Of a DNA stretch of 32,250 nucleotides, positions 1 to 11,075 are shown piece after piece. Source of the DNA: Octopus bimaculoides (taxonomy: Eukaryota); the NCBI RefSeq assembly GCF_001194135.2, contig NC_068989.1:50395932-50428181 (forward strand). The letters are read 5' to 3'. Position 1 is the stretch's first letter, and each line of letters opens with the position of its first letter. The translations under genes and the position numbers were made by a program. The notes beneath the pieces were generated by a model that had not been told where the DNA came from, ran no database searches, and saw only the letters and a program-made list of their open reading frames with translations.

Positions 1-559
1 GAGAGAGAGAAAGAAAAAAAATAATATAAAATGGCATTTTTATATATTACATTTTGCTAAAGACACTCACAGCTACGAGGACATAACTCTTTGCGCAAAA
101 GTTGCACGCAATATTCCCATTTTTGTATCAGACTTATAATCTTACTAATATTTCTGTTATCACCATAATTATCTTCGATATTATTTGCTAAATATTTTGT
201 GGTACCCAAACTCTCTTGGGAGAGCTTATGGACGAAACTTTAAACAAGCACGAACTATATTGCATATTCACATACTAAGGAAATGGCGTATCCAGCCAGT
301 TATTATATCTTTCCTATTGTTTTAGAATACGAATGTTTAGAGCCAAAATTATGTTGAATTCTATTCCGCTTTTTTCTAATGCTTTATTGTTTAAGTCGCA
401 TCCTTGTCAAAGATTATATTACCCGAAGATAAATCAGACATTTTGTTATATATATGATAAATATATGCTTAAATAAGGGGTGTTGAGTATGTCCATCAGT
501 ATATGTAAGTCGTTCATTCAATTTTTCGATAGAATTAAAATGTCGTTGGTGAACTTACA

Positions 560-770
560 GAATCATTAGCACGTTGTACAAAATACCTCGCGGTATTTCG
601 TCTGTCTTTACGGTCTGAGTTTAAACCCGCAGAGTTCTACTTTGTCTTTCATTCTTTTAGAATCGATAAAATAAGCACAAGATGAACACTATTGTCGATG
701 ATATCGACTAAGTTCTTTCGTCGTATTTTCTGGCCCTTTGCCAAACTTTGAACCCAATATACGTAAACTC
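560..770 (+). mobile_element. Degenerate tRNA-derived SINE, family A
   Basis: GGTATTTCGTCTGTCTTTACGGTCTGAGTTTAAACCCGC...ACTTTGTCTTTCATTCTTTTAGAATCGATAAAATAAG aligns by eye with the better-preserved copy at 19207-19420. Confidence 0.7.
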
Positions 771-889
771 AATTCACCACTGTATCTAAAATGATATCAA
801 AAATCGAGTGCGCTAGAATTTGCTAATTATTTCCTTTTGTATTTTTTTAATTAATGGCTGTTACTTTATGTGAAACAATCACCCTACCT

Positions 890-1130
890 TATCTTCGGGT
901 ATGGACCTATGTCTAGAGTATTGAAATTCATTTTGAATGCACATGAGATATAGGATGTGATTTGGCAGACTCGTCCAACATCGAATGGAAGGACTTGAGG
1001 TATCTATTCTGGTTCCACGTGCACTGATCACTAATTCTGTCGTAGCCAACTTTGCTTTTCATCATGGCAGCATTTACGACTAAAGTACCAGTCCATTTCT
1101 GGGAACGATTTTTCTTTTACATGCTGTCTT
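890..1130 (+). mobile_element. Possible ancient RTE-clade LINE endonuclease (APE) fragment
   Basis: Broken frames read *MHMRYRM*..LAD and GSTCTDH*FCRSQL, resembling the WMHPRSKHWHLIDY...GADCWTDHRLxRSKL motif of RTE APE domains; heavily mutated. Confidence 0.3.
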
Positions 1131-1671
1131 TCTTCTTCAGTTTCTTTCAATCTCTTTCTCTCGGGATAATATCGCCTACATTGAGACTAGGAGAGGAATA
1201 GTGCCAAAAAAAAAAAAGGGCCAAGCTGTGAGGAGGAATAGTGCCCAAGACAGACCATGCCATGACGATTTCACCAGTAAGCTAAGAGATCATCATTACT
1301 ACATCAAGTACATTGATATTAACCAACTGATGCAATACCGCCATAATCACAGATATTGTAATATAAAGAGGTCATCAGTATTTTCATTAAGTATTTGCGA
1401 GTTGTCGCTTCATTCCTTTTGGGAGACCGGTAGCTTTATCTCATATAAATGAAACATCGGACTTATACAGTAGTGTAGGAATGGTGTGAACTACATATGC
1501 TTTTATCTGTAATACATGTGAAGGAGGTAGGTAGAAGAGTGTCGATTTGTCTGCTCTTGATTATTTTATAATTTTTACTAGTTGTTATGACTGGTATACT
1601 TATAAGTGTCTCTACGTATAGGAATGTGTGAAGGTTATATTTATATGTGATTGGAAAAAGAAGTTGCATAC

Positions 1672-1701
1672 TTACCTGTGTGTGTGTGCATATGTGTATG
1701 C

Positions 1702-1733
<32 letters not shown>

Positions 1734-1810
1734 AATTTTCCGTGTGTGTGTAATTGTACCTATACATTTGCACAGCCGATTGTGTGAGAGTAATAGTGTG
1801 TGTGCGCGTG
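1672..1810. repeat. (TG)n microsatellite, interrupted
   Basis: Direct reading. Confidence 0.95.
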
Positions 1811-2099
1811 AAAAGTTATCGAAATTGTAGGTGTGACTAATGGAACAATGGAAACAAGGAAAGCACTAAAAGTACAAAAAAGGAAAAATTATCTGTTTGA
1901 TCAACCATACAATCCAAAATGACAAATTACTTATGCTGGAAAGGATTTTCTTTGTTAACCATGACTACTAATAGCTGGTTACTATCAACCATTAGACTAA
2001 AGTTCAAAGGACAAAGTTCATTTGGGATGGACATTAATTGATGACCGGAGGAGTGAAGACAATTTAGTGTTTATGAACTCATGATATATATATGTAATC

Positions 2100-2150
<51 letters not shown>

Positions 2151-2260
2151 AGAAGAAGAAGAGAGAAAATGAAAGACAGAGAGAGAGAGAGAGGTAAAAA
2201 GAGACAAAGAAATGAGGACAGAGGAAAAGAGAAAGGAATAGGAAATGATAAGAGAATAAA
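2100..2260. repeat. (GA)n/(GAA)n purine tract
   Basis: Direct reading. Confidence 0.95.
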
Positions 2261-2782
2261 ATAATGATGAACGATAAAGTGTGATCGTATGTGACAGAAG
2301 TTTCTCGATGTTTGAGAGAGAGGAAGAGAGCAGTAGTAAGAGGTTGGTTGACGTATGTATGAATATCAGTGTCGGTGTCATTACGGGTATGTAAATGATG
2401 TTGGTATGGCTAAATGGGTGTCGGGGTGGGGCGTTTGAAACAGAAAGACACTGAAGTGTTTAGGAGTAGTGAGACTATGGGGATGGTAGGCATTTTTGGT
2501 TCAGTGGTGGTGTGATTATCTACATATATAAACCAAAAGAGAAACAAAATAATATGTGTGTGTGTGCGTATATATATATATATATATATATATNNNNNNN
2601 NNNNNNNNNNNNNNNNNNNNNNNNNNNNNNNNNNNNNNNNNNNNNNNNNNNNNNNNNNNNNNNNNNNNNNNNNNNNNNNNNNNNNNNNNNNNNNNNNNNN
2701 NNNNNNNNNNNNNNNNNNNNNNNNNNNNNNNNNNNNNNNNNNNNNNNNNNNNNNNNNNNNNNNNNNNNNNNNNNNTATATAT

Positions 2783-3168
2783 AGGTGCAGGAGTGGCTGT
2801 GTGGTAAGTAGCTTGCTCACCAACCACATGGTTCTGGGTTCAGTCCCACTGCGTGGCACCTTGGGCAAGTGTCTTCTACTATAGCCTTGGGCCGACCAAA
2901 GCCTTGTGAGTGGATTTGGTAGAGGGAAACTGAAAGAAGCCTGTCGTATATATGTATATATATATATGTGTATGTGTGTATATGTTTGTGTGTCTGTCTT
3001 TGTCCCCCCAGCTTCGCTTGACAACCGATGCTGATGTATTCACGTCCCCGTAACTTAACGGTTCGGCAAAAGAGACCGAGAGAATAAGTACTAGGCTTAC
3101 AAAGAATAAGTCTTGGGGTCGATTTTCTCGACTAAAGGCGGTGCTCCAGCATGGCCACAGTCAAATGG
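2783..3168 (+). mobile_element. tRNA-derived SINE, family B, with internal (TA/TG)n
   Basis: A-box-like GTGGCTGTGTGG, B-box-like GGGTTCAGTCCC, CTTGGGCAAGTG core, internal microsatellite, 3' GGTGCTCCAGCATGGCCACAGTCAAATG; second copy at 7567-7980. Confidence 0.9.
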
Positions 3169-3384
3169 AATTAGCCGAGATGGGCCGATGCCACTGAAGA
3201 GGCTACGGCGAAAGCCAAAACTAATCGATCAGTCTGGGAATATCTCGACCGCTGCTTTTCAGGCGATCATGGTCCCTGTCAGCACGTATGAATAAAATTA
3301 TGTGATATGACCGCAGCATTAGAGCGTTTAGCTATTCTTTCTGGCAACACTGGTGCTTATAACACCCTCAATAATAGTTCTCCT

Positions 3385-3419
<35 letters not shown>

Positions 3420-3650
3420 GTATGTCATCAATCAGTTTCATTACTGTATTTCTTGTCCATAGAGAAAGAGTCGGACTATAACATAGATTCAAGGCTCCTT
3501 CATTGGAACTTTTATCAACAACATCTAGGTATTTGTGCATATATGTGTGTGTGCAGTATTTGGTGTTAGTGTATGCGCAGATTTGTATGTTTGTTTTATG
3601 GATGCGTTTTTTATGTATATAGTTTCATGTCTAGATGCATGCATATGTAT

Positions 3651-4244
3651 TTATGTGCTAAATTTTTGGAAAGTTTTACATATCTTTACAGTTCCATTGA
3701 TGGCTTGAATCTGTAGTCTTCTAATCAGCCTTTTTCTTTCAGGTTTTGAGAACCCTAATTNNNNNNNNNNNNNNNNNNNNNNNNNNNNNNNNNNNNNNNN
3801 NNNNNNNNNNNNNNNNNNNNNNNNNNNNNNNNNNNNNNNNNNNNNNNNNNNNNNNNNNNNNNNNNNNNNNNNNNNNNNNNNNNNNNNNNNNNNNNNNNNN
3901 NNNNNNNNNNNNNNNNNNNNNNNNNNNNNNNNNNNNNNNNNNNNNNNNNNNNNNNNNNNNNNNNNNNNNNNNNNNNNNNCTGGGTGGAGTATCTGTAAAT
4001 TTCTCAGTAGCTCGGCGTAGTTGTTCTCTTTTTCTCTAATCTTTAGTGTGATGTTGACATCCGCAGGACAGCTGATTTCTACTACTGTACAGAGTTTCTC
4101 TTCTCTGTCCCAGATTACTATATCCGGTCTATTATGTCTGCACTTTATTGAGGTTTTTATTGGGATATTCCACCAATACTCTTTCATATTGTGAGTGGTA
4201 ATGGCCTCTACCTCATTATGGGTTTTCATCTCCTTAGCCCCGGG
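3651..4244 (-). mobile_element. 5'-truncated RLE-type non-LTR retrotransposon, endonuclease C-terminus (R4/R2 group)
   Basis: WWNIPIKTSIKCRHNRPDIVIWDREEKLCTVVEISCP...KENNY contains the PD-x-D/E-x-K restriction-like nuclease motif; frame open on both sides of the gap 3761-3979 to stop at 3651; 5' break abuts (TATG)n 4245-4311. Confidence 0.85.
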
Positions 4245-4311
4245 TATGTATGTATGTATGTATGTATGTATGTATGTATGTATGTATGTATGCATGTATG
4301 TATGTATGTAT
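4245..4311. repeat. (TATG)n tetranucleotide microsatellite
   Basis: Direct reading. Confidence 0.97.
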
Positions 4312-4856
4312 ACGTGTGGAGACAGCCAAAAAAAGTATTCGAGCCAAACTGCCTTCTTCCAACTGTTAAACATGGAATCCGCCGGCCCAATAGTTTTCCT
4401 TTCACGGAAATTAATAGTCAAAACTATTTAAGCATGTTATCTGATCAAATTCGTTCTGTGGTTGTGGAATTGTTTCTGGAGGGAAACGGAGTCTTTCGGG
4501 ATGATAATGCACCAATTCACACCGCTAAAGTCGTTACTGAATGGCACGAGGAACATTCTAATGAAGTTGAATATCTTATCTGTCCACCACAGTCCCCAGA
4601 TCTCAATGTTATTGAACATTTATGGTGCATTTTAGAAAAACAACTGAGGAGTCGATATCCTTCACCATCATCACTACAAGACCTGGAAACAGTTTTAGCT
4701 GAAGAACGGGCAAAATTCCTTCGGAAACAATTCAAACTTTGTATGAGTCCATACCTCGTAGAATTCAAGTTGTAATTACTACCAAGGGTGGTCCTACACC
4801 ATGTTAACATTAATTTGTTTGAAATTTTACGTTGTTTCCATTATGTTGTCCAACCC

Positions 4857-4859
<3 letters not shown>
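4312..4859 (+). mobile_element. Tc1-like transposon 3' half (DD36E spacing) with right TIR
   Basis: VWRQPK...TVKHG...GNGVFRDDNAPIH...PPQSPDLNVIEHLW; shifted-frame C-terminus IPSETIQTLYESIPRRIQVVITTKGGPTPC*; ends TTTCCATTATGTTGTCCAACCCCTG followed by TA. Confidence 0.9.

Positions 4860-4897
<38 letters not shown>
4860..4897. repeat. (TA)n between two Tc1/mariner termini
   Basis: Direct reading. Confidence 0.97.
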
Positions 4898-4898
<1 letters not shown>

Positions 4899-5363
4899 GA
4901 GGGGGTACACAAAAGAAACTGGCATTTTGCAATATAATCTTATTCACTTAATTTTATATGTTCACAGTTTTATCGTCTTCAAAGTATTCTCCATTTGAAG
5001 CGATGCATCGGTCCAGACGCTTTCTTCACCGTTGGAAGCAACGCTGGATGTCTTGCGAAGTGATGCCTTGTAACGCCTGCGTCATTTTTTCTTCATCTCT
5101 TCCACATCTGCAAATTCCGTAGTACTAGCTTCCGTTTGATAACCTTCGAAAAAATGTCCGGATCAACTTCCAGCTGTTCTTTACATACACGAGCACTCAT
5201 TCAGTCATGACAGCTTTTGATCTTCCGTGAGCAATTGAGGCACAAATTTTTCTGTAACTCTTTTCATCTGAAATTCCTCGCTCAAAATTCGTTGGTAGGA
5301 ACTCCAAGACACACCAGTCATATCGAGAAGTTCGTCAAAATTCTCCAGTGATGGTCGTCCAAG
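4898..5363 (-). mobile_element. mariner transposon, 3' part (catalytic core deleted) with right TIR
   Basis: TIR CGAGGGGGTACACAAAAGAAACTGG next to TA; minus strand gives DELLDMTGVSWSSYQRILSEEFQMKRVTEKFVPQLLTEDQK, then after a deletion ADVEEMKK..TQALQGITSQDIQRCFQR..RLDRCIASNGEYFEDD. Confidence 0.88.
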
Positions 5364-5792
5364 CAGGGCCGTCGCTAAGCCCCTGCAACCCCTGCAGTTG
5401 CAGAGGGCCTTCACAGTTGAGGGCTCCTGTTAACATCAAACTACTTAGATGAGCCATCTGTTTAGTTCGGTTAAAATGTTAACTGAAAATTTCAAGTCAG
5501 ACGAGGAAAAAAAAATGTGAACTGTAAATAAATTTAAAAGTAAATGAAAAAAGCCTTTCGACGAATTCCCTACGGAGATAAAAGAAAAACGAAAGAAATC
5601 CAAAACAATGAAAATAAGAACAATTTCATGAGAAACGAAAAGAAAAAGAAGCAATGGTGATAAAAAGTGTTGGCTGTATACTTATACATACATACAAACA
5701 TACACACACATTCATACATACCCACACATGTATACGTCTGATTTTTATGTTTCAATGTCTACCAAGTTCATTCACAAGGCTTTGGCCAGCTT

Positions 5793-5823
<31 letters not shown>

Positions 5824-5881
5824 CAGACGTGTACCAAGCATACACAATTCCCCTTTCTCTATTCATTTCTCTCTCTCTCCG

Positions 5882-5918
<37 letters not shown>

Positions 5919-6076
5919 TTTTTATTTGACGTTGTTCAAAGGCTGGTCACTTTGTAGCCAGAACAGTGGGCTTCGTCCTCCTAAATTAATAAAATCTGGA
6001 GACTAAATTCTTTCTGTACCAAAAATATGGTGTGCGCTTATGAACGCTCGAACGCACACACAAGCACGCGCGCACG

Positions 6077-6115
<39 letters not shown>

Positions 6116-6428
6116 GCACACAAACACACACATACACACACACACACACACACACTTACACAAAAAAGTTTGTGTGTGTGTGTATGTATGTGCGTGCATC
6201 TAAGCATAGAGGTTTAGAAAAAAGTTATACCGTTAGTTTTTTTTATGTGTTGTATTTTAGAATCATCACAGTAGATTCTGCTGTGATGATTCTAAAATAC
6301 AAGCTGTAAGGGACTATGTTTGGTTTTTGTTGATTATAAAGGTGCATAGATTATGAATTTTAACTGAAGTGATAGGTCTCCGAAACAAAAAGTTTCAGTG
6401 GGTCTCTAAAGGTCATGCGATGACCCTA
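5364..6428. mobile_element. Non-autonomous hAT-type DNA transposon nested in mariner
   Basis: Left end CAGGGCCGTCGCTAAGCCC; right end AGGTCATGCGATGACCCTA (degenerate inverted copy); flanks CGTCCAAG (5356-5363) and CCTCCGAG (6429-6436) match 6/8; no transposase ORF, interior full of SSRs. Confidence 0.7.
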
Positions 6429-6864
6429 CCTCCGAGATCAGTTCACGCATTTCCATGATGTTTACATTCGTTCAGGAGGTCAACAGTCGTCTTGAACGAG
6501 GCTGGTATTCAAGTGACAAACGACCGACCATTCCTAAAGTGTGAAACCACTCGCAAACTTGCGTTCTGCTCATGGCAGCGTCCTTGTAAGCTGTTTGAAG
6601 CATGACAACTGTTTCGGCCACCGTTTTTCCCAGCAGAAAACAGAATTTCATGGAAGCACGATGTTCCTTTTCTTCAGCCATCGCAAAATCGACGAACCGA
6701 GCAGAAGCACTACAAACCAACGTCTCACCACGTGTCAGTATAACGCAACCGGGCAACGCCGGTCGGCAGACTGGTGTCTGAAAATCGTATCAAGTATCTT
6801 CTAGCGGCGGAGACCTGAACTACTAGAGAACGTTTTCGGTTTGTTAGTTTTGGTCACCTCCTCG
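6429..6864 (-). mobile_element. mariner transposon, 5' part (N-terminal HTH) with left TIR
   Basis: MAEEKEHRASMKFCFLLGKTVAETVVMLQTAYKDAAMSRTQVCEWF...PRS.R..TS..NVNIMEMRELISE; minus-strand start CGAGGAGGTGACCAAAACTAAC resembles TIR at 4898. Confidence 0.88.
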
Positions 6865-7566
6865 TTTGTGTGTTGAGCCTATATATATATATGGTGACAA
6901 AATATATATATATATAGAGAGAGAGACTCCTTTCACGCGATTTTATTGTTTCGTATGTACTTTTCCTCTTTCTCTTTAGAGAAAATAAAATCTCTATCAC
7001 TTTTGACGTCATATTTTAAAACAAAATTCAATAGTATCATTGCGATGGGTTTCACTTAGGCCGTTTCTTCGCAGGTTGTGCCTTGGGGAAGGATTTCTCA
7101 GATTTCACAATTTGCTTGTCACACTCACTACTCGGTGATTTTATCTATCGAATCACTAATTGTGCCTGTCGTTACCTTAGGTTCGCAACTGTAATGATTT
7201 GCTCTTGGTGTTGTAGCACTTATTTTTCTAGGTTTCTAAGCTTTCTGCTCAAAAACAAACTTGAATGGCTTTCACTGTCACATATATAGCAGTTAAATGG
7301 ACTGTCTACATTGGATACTGATATGTAAGGCCTTCCTTTCAGTGCCAGCTTGGGGTACCCGCTAAGTTATGGCATTCAGTTCGGATTTCGTGATATTAGT
7401 CCATTCCCATAGACCATCAGTTTTCTAGAATATACGCGCTACACATGTCATTCATTCACGCGTTGAACAGCAAAAGTTTATACAGAGTAATCACCATCAG
7501 AAGCCTGCAAAGATTACGGGCACTGTCCCGTCCTTCGAATGCAGACAGTAAAGAAAAATCAATATT

Positions 7567-7980
7567 GGCGTGGCTGTGGTAAGAAGCTTGCTCTCCAACC
7601 ACATGGTTCCAGTTTCAGCTCCACTGCGTGGAACCTTGTGCAAGTGTTTTCTTCTATAGCCTCAGGCAGACCAAAGCCATTGTTAGTGGACGTGGTAGAC
7701 GGGAACTGAAAGAAGACCGTAGTATATGTGTGTGTGTATGTGTGTGTGTGTATTTGTGTGTGTGTGTGCGTGTATGTGTGTTTGTGTTTGTGTGTGTATT
7801 TGTGTGACTTTAAATCTGTGTTTGTCCCCCTATCACCGTTTGACAACCGATGTCAGTGTGTTTGCGTCCCTGTAACTTAGCGGTTCATCAAAAGATAGAA
7901 TAAGTACTAAGGTGTAAAACATTAATTCCTGGTGGTGCTCCAGCATAGCCACAGTCAAATGACTGAAAGAAACACAAACA
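7567..7980 (+). mobile_element. tRNA-derived SINE, family B (second, more diverged copy)
   Basis: Colinear with 2783-3168 including internal (TG)n; followed by A-rich tail. Confidence 0.88.
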
Positions 7981-8870
7981 AAATATTTAAAAAAGGAATT
8001 GAAAATAAATCTGTTTTGTATTCATTAAAAAAAAAAAAAATTCATTCAAAAGATTCATTAAAAAAAAAAAAAGGCATTCGGAATGGTTTTGTCGTAGAGT
8101 ACATTGACAGAATAATTCCCCTCACAATATGGGTTACCGTTTTATGGAATTGACATCTTTTGGTAGTGAAATGTATTTGGTTTTTTCCTTGTTTAAGCTT
8201 TGCCTTTATTTTTTTCTTGATTTTTAAGAAAATTCATGATCGCGTTTGCGAAACATTACTAGCTATTTTCAGACATCTAGGAGGCACGTTCGCCAGACGA
8301 CACATGCAAGCTTATATATTCTATAGAAATGCATAAAAATATTCAGAAATCTAATTTCATTCTACTGTGGCAGATGGGTGGGCATTTATTGGTTCTGTCG
8401 TTGTTGATATTGCTGTTACTGGCTGTCGTACTGGTAACTGCGGTATGGGTTCTGTACGTGATGATATGATTTTTTGCAATAATCGATTGACTTCAACTTG
8501 AGGCTATGGAGTTGTTATTGTTTTTATCACTTTACCGTTTAGTAGAATAATGTTGTTGATGTTGTCATCGGTTTTGTTGTGTATTAGACAGATATTTATT
8601 GTTGTTTGTGGTAATATTACTAAAAATAACTCTGAAAACATTTCGGATAAAATCAACTTTTCGTTTTCATTAGTGAAAATATTCAACCTCTGAGCTATTA
8701 CCATCTTTCATGACTACTTCCAATCGACCCTCTCTCATCAGGCGTCAACACTGTTGTTGACATTTCACATAATTGCTTTTAAGAAGTGAAGTGATGATGA
8801 TGGTGATGACGAGCGCAACAACAACCATCACGAAAACACCAATACACAATCGAAGAACAAGAACAATAAG

Positions 8871-9078
8871 AATTCTTTCTAATTTAGGCAGAAAGTCGGA
8901 AATTTTGGGAAAGTGGGCGGATCTCACCCCCCCCCCCATAAATAGTACTTATTTTATCGACCTCGAAGAATGAAAGGCAAAGTCAACTTTGGCAGAAAGT
9001 GAACTCAGAACGTAAAAACAGACGAAATGACAATAAGGATTTTGTCCGGTGTGCTAACCATTCTGCAAGCTCACCTTA
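8871..9078 (-). mobile_element. SINE family A
   Basis: Reverse complement begins AAGGTGAGCTTGCAGAATGGTTAGCACACCGGACAAAAT...CGTTCTGAGTTCACTTTCTGCCAAAGTTGACTTTGCCTTTCATTC, matching 19207 copy. Confidence 0.85.
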
Positions 9079-9127
9079 ACAACAACAACAACAACAACAG
9101 CAACAAAAAATATTAAAACATGATAAT

Positions 9128-9250
9128 AATCCTTTCTACTGAAGGCACAGAGGCCAGAAATTTTGGAAGAGCGGACTAGTCGATTACATTGAACCCAGTC
9201 TTTTACTGGTACATAATTTATCTACCCAGAAAGGATGAAAGGCAAAATGC
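9128..9250 (-). mobile_element. SINE family A, 5'-truncated
   Basis: TCCTTTCTACTGAAGGCACAG...CTGGTACATAATTTATCTACCCAGAAAGGATGAAAGGCAAA is the 3' half in reverse. Confidence 0.75.
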
Positions 9251-9262
9251 TAATAATAATAA

Positions 9263-9480
9263 TGGTTTCAAACTTTTGGCGCAAGGCTAATAGGTTTGGG
9301 GAGGGGGCTAGATGACTATTGCTTATTTTATCGACTCCATTGTTTGACTGGTACTTAATTTATCGATCCTGAAAGGATGAAAGACAAAATCAACCTCAGC
9401 GGAATTTGAAGACGGACCAATTTGAAGTGGAATGTGAAGACGAACCAAATGCCACTAAGCAATTTGCCCGCACGCCGTCT
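9263..9480 (-). mobile_element. SINE family A
   Basis: GGTTTCAAACTTTTGGCGCAAGGC...GACTGGTACTTAATTTATCGATCCTGAAAGGATGAAAGACAAAATCAACCTCAGCGGAATTTGAA...AAATGCCACTAAGCAATTTGCCCG. Confidence 0.8.
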
Positions 9481-9499
9481 TAATACCAATACTAAAAAC

Positions 9500-9536
9500 A
9501 AAAACAACAATACTACTACTACTAGTGCTGCTACTG

Positions 9537-9599
<63 letters not shown>

Positions 9600-9650
9600 G
9601 TAGTTATAATAATAATAATAATAATAATAAAAATGATAATAATAATAATA
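9500..9650. repeat. Compound (TAC)n-(TAA)n microsatellite
   Basis: Direct reading. Confidence 0.95.
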
Positions 9651-9790
9651 ATCTTTCCCAATTATAGGCACAAGGCCTGGAATTTTGAAAATGTTGGGCA
9701 ATCGATTATTTCGACTTCCTGTCCTCAAATGGTTCTGATTTAGTTGGCCCAGAATTAATGAAAAGCAAAGTCGACCTCTGCAAATTTTGA
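9650..9790 (-). mobile_element. SINE family A, partial
   Basis: ATAGGCACAAGGCCTGGAATTTTG...ATGAAAAGCAAAGTCGACCTCTGCAAATTTTGA. Confidence 0.7.
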
Positions 9791-10265
9791 AAGTATTAAT
9801 AATAGTGACGCCGACTATGCATGATGCATTTAAAAACATTAGTATGTCTGGAGCGTTTCGAAATATTTTATCTTGAACCAAATCATTCAACGATAGATGT
9901 CAGTCGTTTATATATGAAACAGAAAATTGTTCAATAAAACACTAACTTGAAAAGAGACGATTAGAACTATTTAAGTATTTTATAATAGAATGGAGACACA
10001 CACGTGGAGATAAGAATATGTAAAAAGTTTGAACTCATCGGCGATAGGGGTGGCTCCGAAGAGGAAAGTTTAAGGAGAGAAATTGAGAAATACTTGCTAA
10101 TGGATCACGATCTGAACGTTAGCTCGATAAATAAGAGTATTAATCCCACTTTTACCCGAAAAATGCCACCTATGCAATCAGGGAAAATACTGTAAAATAT
10201 TGAAACTATGCCGTGGAATGAAATGACGACGATGATGATGATGATGATGACGACGATGATGATGA

Positions 10266-10992
10266 TATTATGCTGCACCCAGGAGGAAAAACTCTGAACT
10301 AGTGATATTAAACAAAAAGAAAGAATCACCGTCAAGCAGAATGCGGAGACATGGTCAGCCATCTTGTAAATGACGGTGCTATGTTGGCACAGCGAGAGTA
10401 CAGAAGACAATTTGATAATGTTGCAAGACATATACACGGGAATGATATCTGAGAAATATGACTTTTTCAGAACAGCTAAATGATATGAGCAGAAACCAGC
10501 AGAGAGAAAATAGAACGGCAAATCTAAGTTTTTGTAGGACTTTACAGTGATAGAATAATTGAGGCAAGAAGGCTAGACGTTGTAGTTATCAACAAGAAGG
10601 GAAAAGAGACCGAAGTTATCGATAGCTCTTTCCCAGGCGATGGTAGATTGAAACATAGAGAGAACGATAAGATCGAGAAGTATGGGCCACTGAAAGGAGG
10701 TTGGAAGCTTGTGGTGGGTGACGAAGGTTTTAGTTATTTCAGTGGTGAAGGAGCATTAGGAAACACATCGGACAGTTTCGAGGGCTGTATAAATAAAATC
10801 GGAATTGGTACAAGGTAAATGCATAAGGCAGCCATTCCTGGTACGACAAGAATTTTAACGAAAGTCTTCTCTATGTGAAGCATAGGAGAGGAAAATCTAA
10901 GAAATCTTTGTAAATTTGTTCTTGACTGTGCCCAAATTGAAAACTCCGAACGGTTTAACATCTAAGTTTCTGGGATTTACAAAAATTTAACA
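10266..10992 (+). mobile_element. R4/Dong-type non-LTR retrotransposon, 5'-truncated and decayed (zinc knuckle + RLE)
   Basis: Frameshifted frames give ECGDMVSHLVNDGAMLAQREYRRQFDNVARHIHG, EARRLDVVVINKKGKETEVIDSSFPGDGRLKHRENDKIEKY and HKAAIPGTTRILTKVFSM*; flanked by (GAT)n 5' and degenerate (AAC/AAT)n 3'. Confidence 0.85.
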
Positions 10993-11075
10993 TGATAATC
11001 ATCACAACAACAATAAGAACAAGAACAATATGAACATGAACAAGAACAACGAAAACAACAACAGCAACAACGAAG

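Noticed and set aside
2783-2860. tRNA-like heads here and at 7567, 13650-13718, 19207
   Set aside because: No complete cloverleaf; continue into SINE bodies, so not tRNA genes.
2410-3024. ORFs across the first gap
   Set aside because: Made of N, (TA)n and SINE sequence.
3332-3391. Second small exon upstream of 3463
   Set aside because: Weak acceptor and splicing to 3463 in the matching phase creates TAG.
4191-4775. 194-aa ORF as a gene
   Set aside because: Chimera: antisense RLE fragment, (TATG)n, then frameshifted Tc1 transposase.
8380-8720. Possible LINE ORF1 remnant on minus strand
   Set aside because: A-rich open stretches but no motif I can defend.
9422-9890. Poly-Thr/Ser/Leu ORFs
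   Set aside because: (TAC)n/(TAA)n translations.
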